Origin: Draconibacterium orientale
GTDB lineage: Bacteria > Bacteroidota > Bacteroidia > Bacteroidales > UBA12170
Assembly (NCBI GenBank): GCA_020718205.1
Contig: DYSN01000002.1
Span: 7,172 to 71,171, forward strand
Length of the DNA: 64,000 nucleotides
Direction: 5' to 3'
Shown: in pieces, positions 38,249 through 47,611 of the stretch
How the letters are laid out: each line of letters opens with the position of its first letter
Position numbering within the stretch: the stretch's first letter is position 1
Translations under genes and position numbers: made by a program
Notes under the pieces: generated by a model
Databases searched by the model: none
Seen by the model: only the letters and a program-made list of their open reading frames with translations
Told to the model about the DNA's origin: nothing

Positions 38249-38952
38249 CAATCCATATCGTTTATTCCTTTGAGGGGAGCGGTGTTGTTGTTGATATTGT
38301 CGCTGGTGATTCTCAGAATTTCTTTTACCACAGCATGATTGGTATTGAATAATTTTAGTGAAAGAAAAAATCCGGTATCGGTAAAGAAAACATGGTTTCC
38401 GTGCGAATCGTGAATGGTGAAATTTTTGGCATATTCTACTTTTGGATGCATTTGTTCGCGAAGGGTTTGCACCACAAGGCTGGCTGTATTTTCAGACAAA
38501 TCGCTAAAAACATATTCCCCCATAAAATATTTTTCGTTGTAGTGATATAGCAGCGTTTTCTCGTTGCTGTGGTATTGACGACTTTTGTAGCCCACCACAC
38601 ATATATCCCACTCATCGTCGTCGCTGATGGTATAGCAATCGGGGCGACCTCTTTCTTCCAGAATTTGTTTGAAATTCTTATCGAAGTCGAGTTCGGCAAA
38701 AACCAATGGAGTCTCGCAAATATATTGCTTCTCTATATTCACCGCCTTGCTTATTTCGAGAATATGGTAGTGAAAACCATCTTTAAAGCAATAGGGATGC
38801 GGCTTTTTATGGGTGATGCTCTTAAAATGATTCACAAATTTTCGGCTAAACTCACCGTAAAACAAGCGGATAAAATACAGATAGATGACGCGTTTAAACC
38901 CCAGACTCACTATGATAACCAAACCCAAAATCAGTAAAATTGCTATATTCAT
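38245..38952 (-). CDS. Hypothetical protein with an N-terminal membrane anchor
   Basis: 235 aa ORF downstream of acd on the same strand. Confidence 0.6.
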   Translation of the reverse strand: MNIAILLILGLVIIVSLGFKRVIYLYFIRLFYGEFSRKFVNHFKSITHKKPHPYCFKDGFHYHILEISKAVNIEKQYICETPLVFAELDFDKNFKQILEERGRPDCYTISDDDEWDICVVGYKSRQYHSNEKTLLYHYNEKYFMGEYVFSDLSENTASLVVQTLREQMHPKVEYAKNFTIHDSHGNHVFFTDTGFFLSLKLFNTNHAVVKEILRITSDNINNNTAPLKGINDMDC

Positions 38953-38966
38953 ATGCTAAAAATTTA

Positions 38967-38995
38967 GGCCTGTTGCTTTGGATTTACAACAGGCC
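38967..38995 (-). terminator. Stem-loop after the acyl-CoA dehydrogenase gene
   Basis: ggcctgttg / caacaggcc perfect 9-bp inverted repeat just past the acd stop. Confidence 0.55.
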
Positions 38996-39001
38996 CTGAT
39001 T

Positions 39002-40726
39002 TTATAAATTATAATTCTCCGTTGATATTTGATATTGACCCAGGTTCTTTATATCGAAGCTCTCGATAAACTTGAACCTGTCTTCGTTTTGACCTGAGGC
39101 CATAAGCGTGAATATTTCGGCAGATTTGGTGTAGTCCGGGTCGCGTTGGGCATCGGATAGGAGCAGATAACCCACTACAATGTTCCCTGCCATTTCTACC
39201 ATTCGGCGGGCATGAAAATCCCACAATTCGCTATCCTTGTCGCGCTGAACCGCGTGAACGGCTTTTGCAAATTGCTCTGTCATAATGATTAACTGACGGC
39301 GGATATGTGCCAACTCGGGTCTGTAGGTCAGGTTTTCGTATTCTCTGATGTATTCCAGATAGGCACCTGTACCAATTCCCCTGATGGCGGCAACCACCTG
39401 CAACTGCGAAGTTCCTTCGTAGATGGTGGTGATACGGGCATCGCGGTAAATTCGCTCAATAGGGAAATCTTTCATAAAGCCGGTTCCCCCATGAATTTGG
39501 AGCGAGTCGTAGGAAATCTCGTTGCAATATTCGCTGCTGAACAATTTGAGCATTGGCGTGAAAAAATCGGCTTTTTTAGAGTAGTATTTTTGCTCGTCAC
39601 GCTCTTCGGGGGTCAGTTTTCTGCCTTCGGCTATAAAATTGTATGATTTATAGATATCCACAAAACGAGCTGTTTCGTAGAGCAAACTGCGGATTCCGTC
39701 AGTTTTCACCTTCATTTTTGTAAGCATCTCGTAAACCGCAGGATATTGAATAATGGCCTTACCAAACTGCTCACGTTCACGGGCATATTTCAGTGCTTCG
39801 CGCCAGGCAGCTTCGGCAATACCCACCGATTGGGCGCCCACGCCCAAACGGGCAGAATTCATGAGCGACATCACATATTTTATCAACCCCATTCTGCGGC
39901 TTCCAACCAATTTGGCGGGAGCGTTTTTAAATACAAGCTCACAGGTGGGCGAGCCTTTAATTCCCATTTTATTCTCGATGCGGCGCACAACCACTTTTTG
40001 CTCGGTTCGGTCGTAAACAAACAAACTCAATCCGCGGCCATCGGTGCTTCCGTCTTCCGAACGGGCCAACACCAGCGAAATATCGGCATCGCCATTGGTA
40101 ATAAACCTTTTCACACCATTCAAATACCACTGATTTTCTTCGGCATTAAAGGTAGCTTTGAGCATAACAGCCTGTAAATCGGAGCCTGCATCGGGTTCGG
40201 TTAAATCCATGGCGGCTGTTGCACCCTGATTGAAACGGGGTAAAAACTCCTTCTTAATTTCTTCGTCACCAAACTCGTGAATGGTTTCGGCACAGTCCTG
40301 AAGTCCCCAGATATTGGCAAAACCTGCATCGGCTCTCGAAACAATTTCAGCAGCCATTACATAGGGAACAATAGAAAAGTTAAGTCCTCCGTATTCGCGG
40401 GGCAACGACATTCCTATTAAACCGGCATCCACCAGCGCCTGATAATTTTCGGAAGTTCCTTTGGCATATATCACCTCATTATTGACGAGGGTTGGACCAT
40501 CATGATCCACGGATTCGGCATTGGGTGCAATGATATCGCCACAAATTTCGCCCACTATTTCCATGGTTTTTTCATAAGTATCCATGGTATCTTCGAAATC
40601 AAGGGGGGCATAGTCAAAATGCTCCTTGTCTTTATAATTATCCTCCTTCAAATCCACGCATTTTTGCATGAGCGGATTGTTGAGATGGAATTTCAGGTTT
40701 TTATTATCTGTATAAAAATTAGCCAT
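39002..40726 (-). CDS. Acyl-CoA dehydrogenase
   Basis: MDLTEPDAGSDL, LNGVKRFIT, KMGIKGSPT, QIHGGTGF, IYEGTSQLQ. Confidence 0.95.
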   Translation of the reverse strand: MANFYTDNKNLKFHLNNPLMQKCVDLKEDNYKDKEHFDYAPLDFEDTMDTYEKTMEIVGEICGDIIAPNAESVDHDGPTLVNNEVIYAKGTSENYQALVDAGLIGMSLPREYGGLNFSIVPYVMAAEIVSRADAGFANIWGLQDCAETIHEFGDEEIKKEFLPRFNQGATAAMDLTEPDAGSDLQAVMLKATFNAEENQWYLNGVKRFITNGDADISLVLARSEDGSTDGRGLSLFVYDRTEQKVVVRRIENKMGIKGSPTCELVFKNAPAKLVGSRRMGLIKYVMSLMNSARLGVGAQSVGIAEAAWREALKYAREREQFGKAIIQYPAVYEMLTKMKVKTDGIRSLLYETARFVDIYKSYNFIAEGRKLTPEERDEQKYYSKKADFFTPMLKLFSSEYCNEISYDSLQIHGGTGFMKDFPIERIYRDARITTIYEGTSQLQVVAAIRGIGTGAYLEYIREYENLTYRPELAHIRRQLIIMTEQFAKAVHAVQRDKDSELWDFHARRMVEMAGNIVVGYLLLSDAQRDPDYTKSAEIFTLMASGQNEDRFKFIESFDIKNLGQYQISTENYNL

Positions 40727-40762
40727 CGTTATAATTTTTTATCCTGTCTGAACAGTGTGTTT

Positions 40763-41785
40763 TTACTTGGAATTTTTCTTGTAATACTTTATCATTTTCG
40801 GAAGCACATCCTCTACCCTGCCAATAATGGCATAATCGGCAATATTGTTGATTGGTGCTTTGGGGTCGGTGTTGATGGAAATAATCTGCGACGATTCGTC
40901 CATACCAGCCCTGTGTTGCACAGCTCCCGAAATTCCACAAGCTATATAAAGCTTGGGGCGCACAGTGATGCCAGTTTGCCCAATCTGACGCTCATGCGGT
41001 GCAAAGCCCGAGTCAACTGCAGCTCTCGATGCTCCAACTTCTCCGCCCAGCACATCGGCCAGCTCAAAGAGCAGTTTAAAATTCTCATCACTTCCCACGC
41101 CATAACCTCCGGCTACAATAATCTGTGCCCCTTTAATATTCACTTTTGGGGGTTCTATGTGACGTTCAATGATTTTAACGGCCAGGTCTATTTCGTCGAA
41201 AAGGCCTTCGACATCGAATTTTTGGACTTCGCCTTGATATTCGGTGTCGAGAATTTCCTTTTTCATAACTCCTTCGCGCACGGTGGCAATCTGTGGTTTG
41301 GTTTCGGGGTTAATGATGGTAGCGATGATATTTCCCCCAAAAGCCGGACGAATCTGATAAAGCAGATTTTCGTACACTTTATTGGCTTTTTTATCTTCAT
41401 GATTTCCAATCACCAGGCTTGTGCAATCTGCTGTTAATCCGCATTTAAGAGCCGAAGCCACGCGTGGTCCCACATCGCGACCGTTGGAGGTAGCTCCAAA
41501 GATGGCAATTTGTGGTTGCCTTTGTTTCAGCATGCTGATGAGTACTTTGGCATGAGCACCACTGGTGAATGGCCACAAATGTTCACTATCGGCCATATGA
41601 ACCAAATCGACTCCGTAGGGAAATATATCTTTTTCTATTCCGCTGATTTGATGTCCAATAACCAGGGCTTCCAATTTAACGCCGAGTTCGGTGGCTAAAG
41701 AGCGTCCTTTGGTGAGCAATTCCTGACTCACATCGGCCACTAATTTTTCTTCTGTGAGTTCACAATATACAAAAACGTTGTTCAT
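40763..41785 (-). CDS. etfA: Electron transfer flavoprotein alpha subunit
   Basis: GLTADCT, RPAFGGN, GASRAAVD, QIGQTG, GISGAVQH. Confidence 0.96.
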   Translation of the reverse strand: MNNVFVYCELTEEKLVADVSQELLTKGRSLATELGVKLEALVIGHQISGIEKDIFPYGVDLVHMADSEHLWPFTSGAHAKVLISMLKQRQPQIAIFGATSNGRDVGPRVASALKCGLTADCTSLVIGNHEDKKANKVYENLLYQIRPAFGGNIIATIINPETKPQIATVREGVMKKEILDTEYQGEVQKFDVEGLFDEIDLAVKIIERHIEPPKVNIKGAQIIVAGGYGVGSDENFKLLFELADVLGGEVGASRAAVDSGFAPHERQIGQTGITVRPKLYIACGISGAVQHRAGMDESSQIISINTDPKAPINNIADYAIIGRVEDVLPKMIKYYKKNSK

Positions 41786-41803
41786 TTTTTCTGATTTAAT
41801 GGT

Positions 41804-42676
41804 TTAGCCAATGATGTGGCCTTCTAATAACTCTACAATTAACCCTTCTACATCGTCGTCGGAGCTGGTGAGCACTTTCGATTCTTTAGCCTGAAACACA
41901 ACGTTTTCAATGGCTTTAACCTTAGTTGGCGAACCCGAAAGGCCTAAAAACTCTTCGTTGGCTCCTATGTCTTCCACCGACCATTCATCTATTTTTAAAT
42001 AGGGACGGGCACTGTATAAATCGGTATAGTCTTTAGTTTCGTTTTGCAGTTCGGTAACTGTTTTGGCATGTTTGAAAGTCATGAGTTTTTTGGCGTGACG
42101 CGGACGACATGGATCGGCCGACCCGTGAACGGTAACAGCCAGAGGGTAACCTGCTTCCACTGTTTCAACACCACGTTCAATTCTGCGCTTGATGGTAATC
42201 TTTTCTTCATCAACGGCAATGAGCTCCTCGGCATAGGCAACCTGAGGAATGCCAAGTTTTTCTGCGGTTTGGGGGCCAACTTGTGCGGTATCTCCATCTA
42301 TGGCCTGACGTCCAGCTACCAATAAATGAAAAGGAACCAGTTTTTTTACTGCCAAAGAAATAGCGTAGGATGTGGCTAAGGTATCACTTCCGGCAAATTT
42401 ACGGTCGGTGAGCAAATAACCCCTGTCGGCACCCCTGTACATGGCCTCTCGTATAATTTCTGCAGCTCTGAAAGGCCCCATGGTAACCACGATTACTTCG
42501 GCACCTAGGATTCGGTCTTTCACTTTTAGTGCAAATTCAAGTGCATTTAAATCTTCCGGGTTAAAAATAGCCGGCAGCGCTGCCCTGTTCACTGTTCCAT
42601 CGGCCTTCATGGCATCCTTACCCACATTTCGTGTGTCGGGAACCTGCTTGGCTAAAACAATTATTCTAAAACTCAT
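41804..42676 (-). CDS. etfB: Electron transfer flavoprotein beta subunit
   Basis: KQVPDT, NPEDLNALE, TMGP, GSDTLAT, GRQAIDGDTAQVGP. Confidence 0.96.
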   Translation of the reverse strand: MSFRIIVLAKQVPDTRNVGKDAMKADGTVNRAALPAIFNPEDLNALEFALKVKDRILGAEVIVVTMGPFRAAEIIREAMYRGADRGYLLTDRKFAGSDTLATSYAISLAVKKLVPFHLLVAGRQAIDGDTAQVGPQTAEKLGIPQVAYAEELIAVDEEKITIKRRIERGVETVEAGYPLAVTVHGSADPCRPRHAKKLMTFKHAKTVTELQNETKDYTDLYSARPYLKIDEWSVEDIGANEEFLGLSGSPTKVKAIENVVFQAKESKVLTSSDDDVEGLIVELLEGHIIG

Positions 42677-43007
42677 ATGTTTATTTTTATATTAGTAACA
42701 ATTGGTTGGTTAATTCTGAGTAAGAAATCTGTAAAAATCGGTTCTTATGGTTTGAATTTGTTGGGAAACAAAAATAAACAAAACCACAGGAAAAGCAAAT
42801 GCTGTAAAAAAGAAGGTATTAATAATTAATTATTTAATAATCAATTAATTAAACCTCTTCAATAATTATCATAGCCTAAAGAAACCATCGTCATTGGCTT
42901 TATTTCCGAACCCGCTAAGCCCAATTCTTGGGCAAACCACTCTATGCAAGCTGCCTCTAATATGAGAAAATATAAATCAGTATCTCCTGAAAAGGGGGAA
43001 AGAATCC

Positions 43008-45584
43008 TTAACGGGTCACGCTGAATTTCTGCGATACCAATTTCCGGGGGAGCTGAAAAACAATGATATACTCGCCCGCAGCCAGATCGGAAACATCAAC
43101 CCTGTTTTTTCCCGAATTCATGGAAAATGATCTGATTTTTTTACCACTCATATCGAATAAGGTAATTTGCTGAATGGTTGCAAGGGATTGTATTTCCATA
43201 TAATCGCTGGCAGGATTGGGAAACAAATGAACCTGCTTGTCGGGCGAATTTCCCATTTCTTCGATAGAACTGGCGTTTCCACTCACTTCGAGCACCACTT
43301 TATTTTGTTCGCTCAGGCTATATCCATCGAAAAGGCAATAGATAAAATAATCGATTCCGTTGAATCCGGTATTGGGCATATACGAGAATGATCCATCGAG
43401 GTTCAAATTCAGGCTTCCATGCAATGGGGGTTCAATCATTAATGTCATCAGGAAATCGCCGTCCATATCAAAATCGTTACGCATCACTCCTTCTGATTCG
43501 GAGATACTTATTGGAAAATCGGGGCCTTCCATGTATAAACTGTCAATAAAGGCAACAGCTTTGGTGTTAAATTCGGGCAAACGGTCTTTCATCACCCAAT
43601 AGGATGTCTTTAAATTTTCGTTGAGATCGGGATCAAGACGAACTCCATAAACATCCCAGGGTTCCCAAATATATCGCGAGCTGGAAGCGTAAATCTGGTC
43701 CTTATACTGAACAGTAACGGCTATTCCATCGGTTTCCATTTCTTCGGTGGGCCATGTATCGCGATCGTCGTGAAATACTTTTAAATCGCTGGGTGAAATG
43801 AAATTCATTAATGTCCAGGGCAAACGAACGGTGATATGGTCGTCGTAAATGGTCACCGCATCCATGGAACTTTCTGCTTCAGATCCGTGATTTAGCTGCA
43901 AAGCACCAATGTATTGAACCGATGAATGGGTTTCGTTGTTTTTCCAGCGAACCACTTCCCATGGAGCACCGTCAGTTACAGTGGAGCGATATTTTTGCGC
44001 AGGACTTGAAATTCCGTGAAAGATACCAAATAAATCATAAGCTTCTGTTACATACAACGTTGCAGAGTAATTTCTTATTTCGAGAGCAAATTCGGACCGA
44101 TAAGGTAATTCGTAGCCATTTGGCAGAATGGATTCCCCAAGATCGGCAAAATAGGTATCGAGGGCAACCCACATAACATCTGTAATATCGAGGGGTTGTT
44201 CAAGGTCTATATCCAGCTCAAAAAATTTATAGTTTGAACCGGCATCAATGCTTTGAATTCGCTGATTACTTCCAAAATTACCAATTCGTTGGAGCACACT
44301 TTCTTTTTCGAAGGAAATTAATCCAAAATTTTGCTCAGCTGCGGTAACATTTTGCCAAAGGATTCTGCGAGCAGCCGGAAAATCAATATGGTCGGTTACC
44401 CAGGTACGTTTAAACCACTCATCCATCCAGGCAAACTGAATTCCACCGCCACAGTTGGCTTCCTCAATGGATTTTAGCAGTCGTATATTCGTTTCGCCCT
44501 GACCATGCTCGTCGAACCCTCCGTGGTTCATGCCCGATGAAGCATAATGAGCTACACCCCAACTCGATGGAACTCCAAATTCTGCAATTATCAAAGGAAG
44601 ATTTTGGTAGTGGCTTTTTAAATCGGTTAAATATCCCAGATAACTATTTGAGCCATAGTTATCGTAATAGTAAAGGTATTGTTCTTCCCAGCTCACAAAA
44701 TCGGGGTAATAGGGATAGGCATGATAGCTTATAAAGAAACCCGCCGGCGCAGAAACAAATTGAATTTTCGTCATATCGACAAAGGTAGTGTCTTCATCGG
44801 GGAAAATCTCATCGGGATGACGCATGGGATCTAAAGTAGGCCAGCTCGACATACTCACGGGTCTTTGAGTGTTGTAATTCTGGTGTTCGTATTGAACAGT
44901 CCTGTTTAGTTTTTCGGTATACCAGGCTTCGGATGCCGAGGCATTTTCAATGGCAAAATGATTGCCATAGAAACTGGAAACTTCCGGATGGCTGTCGTTG
45001 GTGGTAATAATTTCGAACGGATCTACTTCACGGCCAATCATATAGGCCATGCACCACTGCGATACATCGGTATGAAAATCGCCAAAGGCTTTGCCATATC
45101 GGGGAGGAATTACAATGTTTCCATGCACACAGTCGATGTTATCGGTTATTTCGAGATTAAACTGGTCGTTGAGCATATACAAATCCTGATTATAAAAATC
45201 GACCTCCTCATTGAGCCATACGCCCTGCATAAAAAACAGGGGATTGGTGGGGTTGGCCAGATTGAACGAATCGAGCGCTTCGTAAAAATGGGGATAATGC
45301 AACGTATAAAGCCTGATAACGTTGAAACCTGCGTCTTTTATCTGCCCAAACCAGCGAACATACTGGGCTCTGGACACATCAAGTTCGCCCGGATAAGTGC
45401 CGGGAACAGCAATGCCCAGGTTTACACCTTTAATAAAAAATGGCAGGTATTCGGTACCATTCCACACAGTTAATTGTTGCGTATTGGTAGAAAAGGGATA
45501 ACGAACCTCTCCAAATGATTGAGCATTGCCCGTTACAGAAAAAAACAAAACCAATCCTAACAAAATCAAGTATCTGATTTTCAT
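43008..45584 (-). CDS. Secreted GH-A-clan-like glycoside hydrolase with an Ig/cadherin-like repeat and T9SS CTD
   Basis: IKGVNLG..PG..PGE, FNVIRLYT, IGREVDP, SYHAYPYYP, IIAEFGVPS, FAWMDEWFK. NDFDMDGD...DGSFSY.P..GFNG.D.F.Y repeat. LFPNPASD...GEYII CTD. Confidence 0.75.
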   Translation of the reverse strand: MKIRYLILLGLVLFFSVTGNAQSFGEVRYPFSTNTQQLTVWNGTEYLPFFIKGVNLGIAVPGTYPGELDVSRAQYVRWFGQIKDAGFNVIRLYTLHYPHFYEALDSFNLANPTNPLFFMQGVWLNEEVDFYNQDLYMLNDQFNLEITDNIDCVHGNIVIPPRYGKAFGDFHTDVSQWCMAYMIGREVDPFEIITTNDSHPEVSSFYGNHFAIENASASEAWYTEKLNRTVQYEHQNYNTQRPVSMSSWPTLDPMRHPDEIFPDEDTTFVDMTKIQFVSAPAGFFISYHAYPYYPDFVSWEEQYLYYYDNYGSNSYLGYLTDLKSHYQNLPLIIAEFGVPSSWGVAHYASSGMNHGGFDEHGQGETNIRLLKSIEEANCGGGIQFAWMDEWFKRTWVTDHIDFPAARRILWQNVTAAEQNFGLISFEKESVLQRIGNFGSNQRIQSIDAGSNYKFFELDIDLEQPLDITDVMWVALDTYFADLGESILPNGYELPYRSEFALEIRNYSATLYVTEAYDLFGIFHGISSPAQKYRSTVTDGAPWEVVRWKNNETHSSVQYIGALQLNHGSEAESSMDAVTIYDDHITVRLPWTLMNFISPSDLKVFHDDRDTWPTEEMETDGIAVTVQYKDQIYASSSRYIWEPWDVYGVRLDPDLNENLKTSYWVMKDRLPEFNTKAVAFIDSLYMEGPDFPISISESEGVMRNDFDMDGDFLMTLMIEPPLHGSLNLNLDGSFSYMPNTGFNGIDYFIYCLFDGYSLSEQNKVVLEVSGNASSIEEMGNSPDKQVHLFPNPASDYMEIQSLATIQQITLFDMSGKKIRSFSMNSGKNRVDVSDLAAGEYIIVFQLPRKLVSQKFSVTR

Positions 45585-45728
45585 ATCAATATATTTTTAT
45601 TATTATTATAACAGTCTATCACTTTTGAATCCACAGTAAGGGACTAATCAAATATAAAAGTACTGTTTTTAATGTTTAATACCTGGATTGAAATATTAAT
45701 TTTAATCATCAAAGCTTGAAGCAGTGCT

Positions 45729-46127
45729 TTACAAATAAATTTTACGGGCTTGCATGAGCTGTGCAAAAAGCCATTTTTTAAGATAGTCGATGAGCTCTTG
45801 AAGAATCACAGGGTTGTTGCTGCTGTAGTCAATAATAAAATCGTCGACCCGGGAAATCAATTTCTGGAAATTGGAAATATATAAATCGGTATCTTCAAAA
45901 TCGATTGATTTTACGTGCTCCTGTTCTATTTGAGAGCTTTTAACCAGATAGCTCTCCAATCTTTTTAAAATATTTTGAAGCTCATCGTCGGAAAAAGGGT
46001 TCTTCTTTTTCCTGATATTTCGCAGCTGGTCGTAGATATCGAAAATAACGATAAATATTTTATCAACCGAAGGAATATCGAGGGCAAAGGCTTCGTCCCA
46101 ACTGTTTTGATTTTCATTTGTATTCAT
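45729..46127 (-). CDS. Hemerythrin-fold-like protein lacking the iron ligands
   Basis: W.EAFALDIPSVD, L..LESY, LIDYLKKWL spacing of bacteriohemerythrins. Start set to the ATG at 46127. Confidence 0.6.
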   Translation of the reverse strand: MNTNENQNSWDEAFALDIPSVDKIFIVIFDIYDQLRNIRKKKNPFSDDELQNILKRLESYLVKSSQIEQEHVKSIDFEDTDLYISNFQKLISRVDDFIIDYSSNNPVILQELIDYLKKWLFAQLMQARKIYL

Positions 46128-46171
46128 CTCAAATAATAAATTTATGGATGAGCCAAAATTAATAAAAAAAT

Positions 46172-47611
46172 CTAAGCTTTCGCACCAAAAGCTGTTCGGG
46201 TCATAATACCCCATTTCTGGGTATCCCTGACAAAGAAGCTATAATTCCCTCTCAGGGCGAACCAGAGATTTATGGGATGAAAAACTACAATTTCGATAAC
46301 GGAATAAAGCGTCACCTGAAATAAGTATTTATAGCCCTTGTATTTATTGAACATTAAAGCCTCGAATAGGACGCCGAGCATGGAGAAGGCAAAAGCAAAT
46401 GACAACACAAACATCGAGAGAATGAGGAAGGTGTCGAGGTTGGCTCTGCCGAGAATCAGAATAATGAAAAAGTAAACCAGACCGATGAGTTCTACAAGTG
46501 GCGCAAGCCATTCGAAAAATACCCAGTACGGAAAACTGAGAAGCCCGATTCTGCCATATTTGGGGTTAAAAAACATACCCCGATGTTTTAGAATGGTATC
46601 TATTGCTCCCCGGGTCCAGCGGTTGCGCTGACGCGAGAGCACTTTTAAATCGGAAGGAACTTCGGTCCAGCAAAGCGGATCGGGGATAAAAGCCACCTGA
46701 TATTTTTGCTTGCGCACATCACGCATATATCTTCGCATACGAACCACAATTTCCAAATCTTCGCCCACGGTGGTGGTATCGTACCCTCCTACTTCCTTAA
46801 CCAATTGACGATCGAACATTCCAAAAGCCCCAGAAATAATCAGTAATCCGTCAATTTTACTCCAGGCCATACGCCCCAGGGTAAAGGCACGGAAATATTC
46901 CAAAACCTGAAATCGGACAATATGTTTTTTGGGGAATCTAACCCGCTCAATACGACCATCTTTAATATCGCAGTCGTTGGCAACACGAATAACTCCCCCC
47001 GAAGAAATCACTTTTCGTGAGCCTTCTTCCTCCAGAAATGGTTTTACAAGGCGAAGAATGGCATCGGGTTCAATAATACTGTCCACATCTACTGCCACAA
47101 ATAATTCGCTACGCGACACCATAACTCCGGCATTCAAGGCATCGGCTTTTCCCCCGTTTTCTTTATCCACCAGAATTAGGTTGGCATATTCACTATGAAT
47201 GGAGCGGTAAATCCCCCTGATTTTTGCAGTTTTTATCTCATCATCAATATACATATTGACTTTTATCATTCCATAAAAATCGATAACCTTGCTTAAACCA
47301 CTGTCTGTACTCCCATCGTTTACAACAATTACATTGATTTTGGGATAATAGATGGACAAGAGGCTTCGGATGTTTTCGATAATACTTTCTTCTTCGTTGA
47401 AAGCGGGAGCAATAATCGAGATACTCGGAAGTTTTTTGTAACCCAGGATGCTTCGGTAATCGAAGTATTTATTCTTATTATAATAGCGGGTGAGCTCCAG
47501 TGTGGATAAAAAGGCCACAAATAAATAGATTACAAACAGGATAACCGCATAAACGAGAAAGAAGTTATTAAAAAACTCGAAAAATGTAAATAATAGTACC
47601 ATAATCATCAA
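46172..47611 (-). CDS. Processive GT2 polysaccharide synthase (PgaC/IcaA/YaiP-like)
   Basis: APAFNEE, VNDGSTD, NGGKADALNAG, DVD, VGED, QRNRW. N- and C-terminal TM helices. Confidence 0.92.
   Translation of the reverse strand: MMIMVLLFTFFEFFNNFFLVYAVILFVIYLFVAFLSTLELTRYYNKNKYFDYRSILGYKKLPSISIIAPAFNEEESIIENIRSLLSIYYPKINVIVVNDGSTDSGLSKVIDFYGMIKVNMYIDDEIKTAKIRGIYRSIHSEYANLILVDKENGGKADALNAGVMVSRSELFVAVDVDSIIEPDAILRLVKPFLEEEGSRKVISSGGVIRVANDCDIKDGRIERVRFPKKHIVRFQVLEYFRAFTLGRMAWSKIDGLLIISGAFGMFDRQLVKEVGGYDTTTVGEDLEIVVRMRRYMRDVRKQKYQVAFIPDPLCWTEVPSDLKVLSRQRNRWTRGAIDTILKHRGMFFNPKYGRIGLLSFPYWVFFEWLAPLVELIGLVYFFIILILGRANLDTFLILSMFVLSFAFAFSMLGVLFEALMFNKYKGYKYLFQVTLYSVIEIVVFHPINLWFALRGNYSFFVRDTQKWGIMTRTAFGAKA

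Noticed and set aside
40502-41437. 311 aa plus-strand ORF
   Set aside because: Antisense to etfA/acd.
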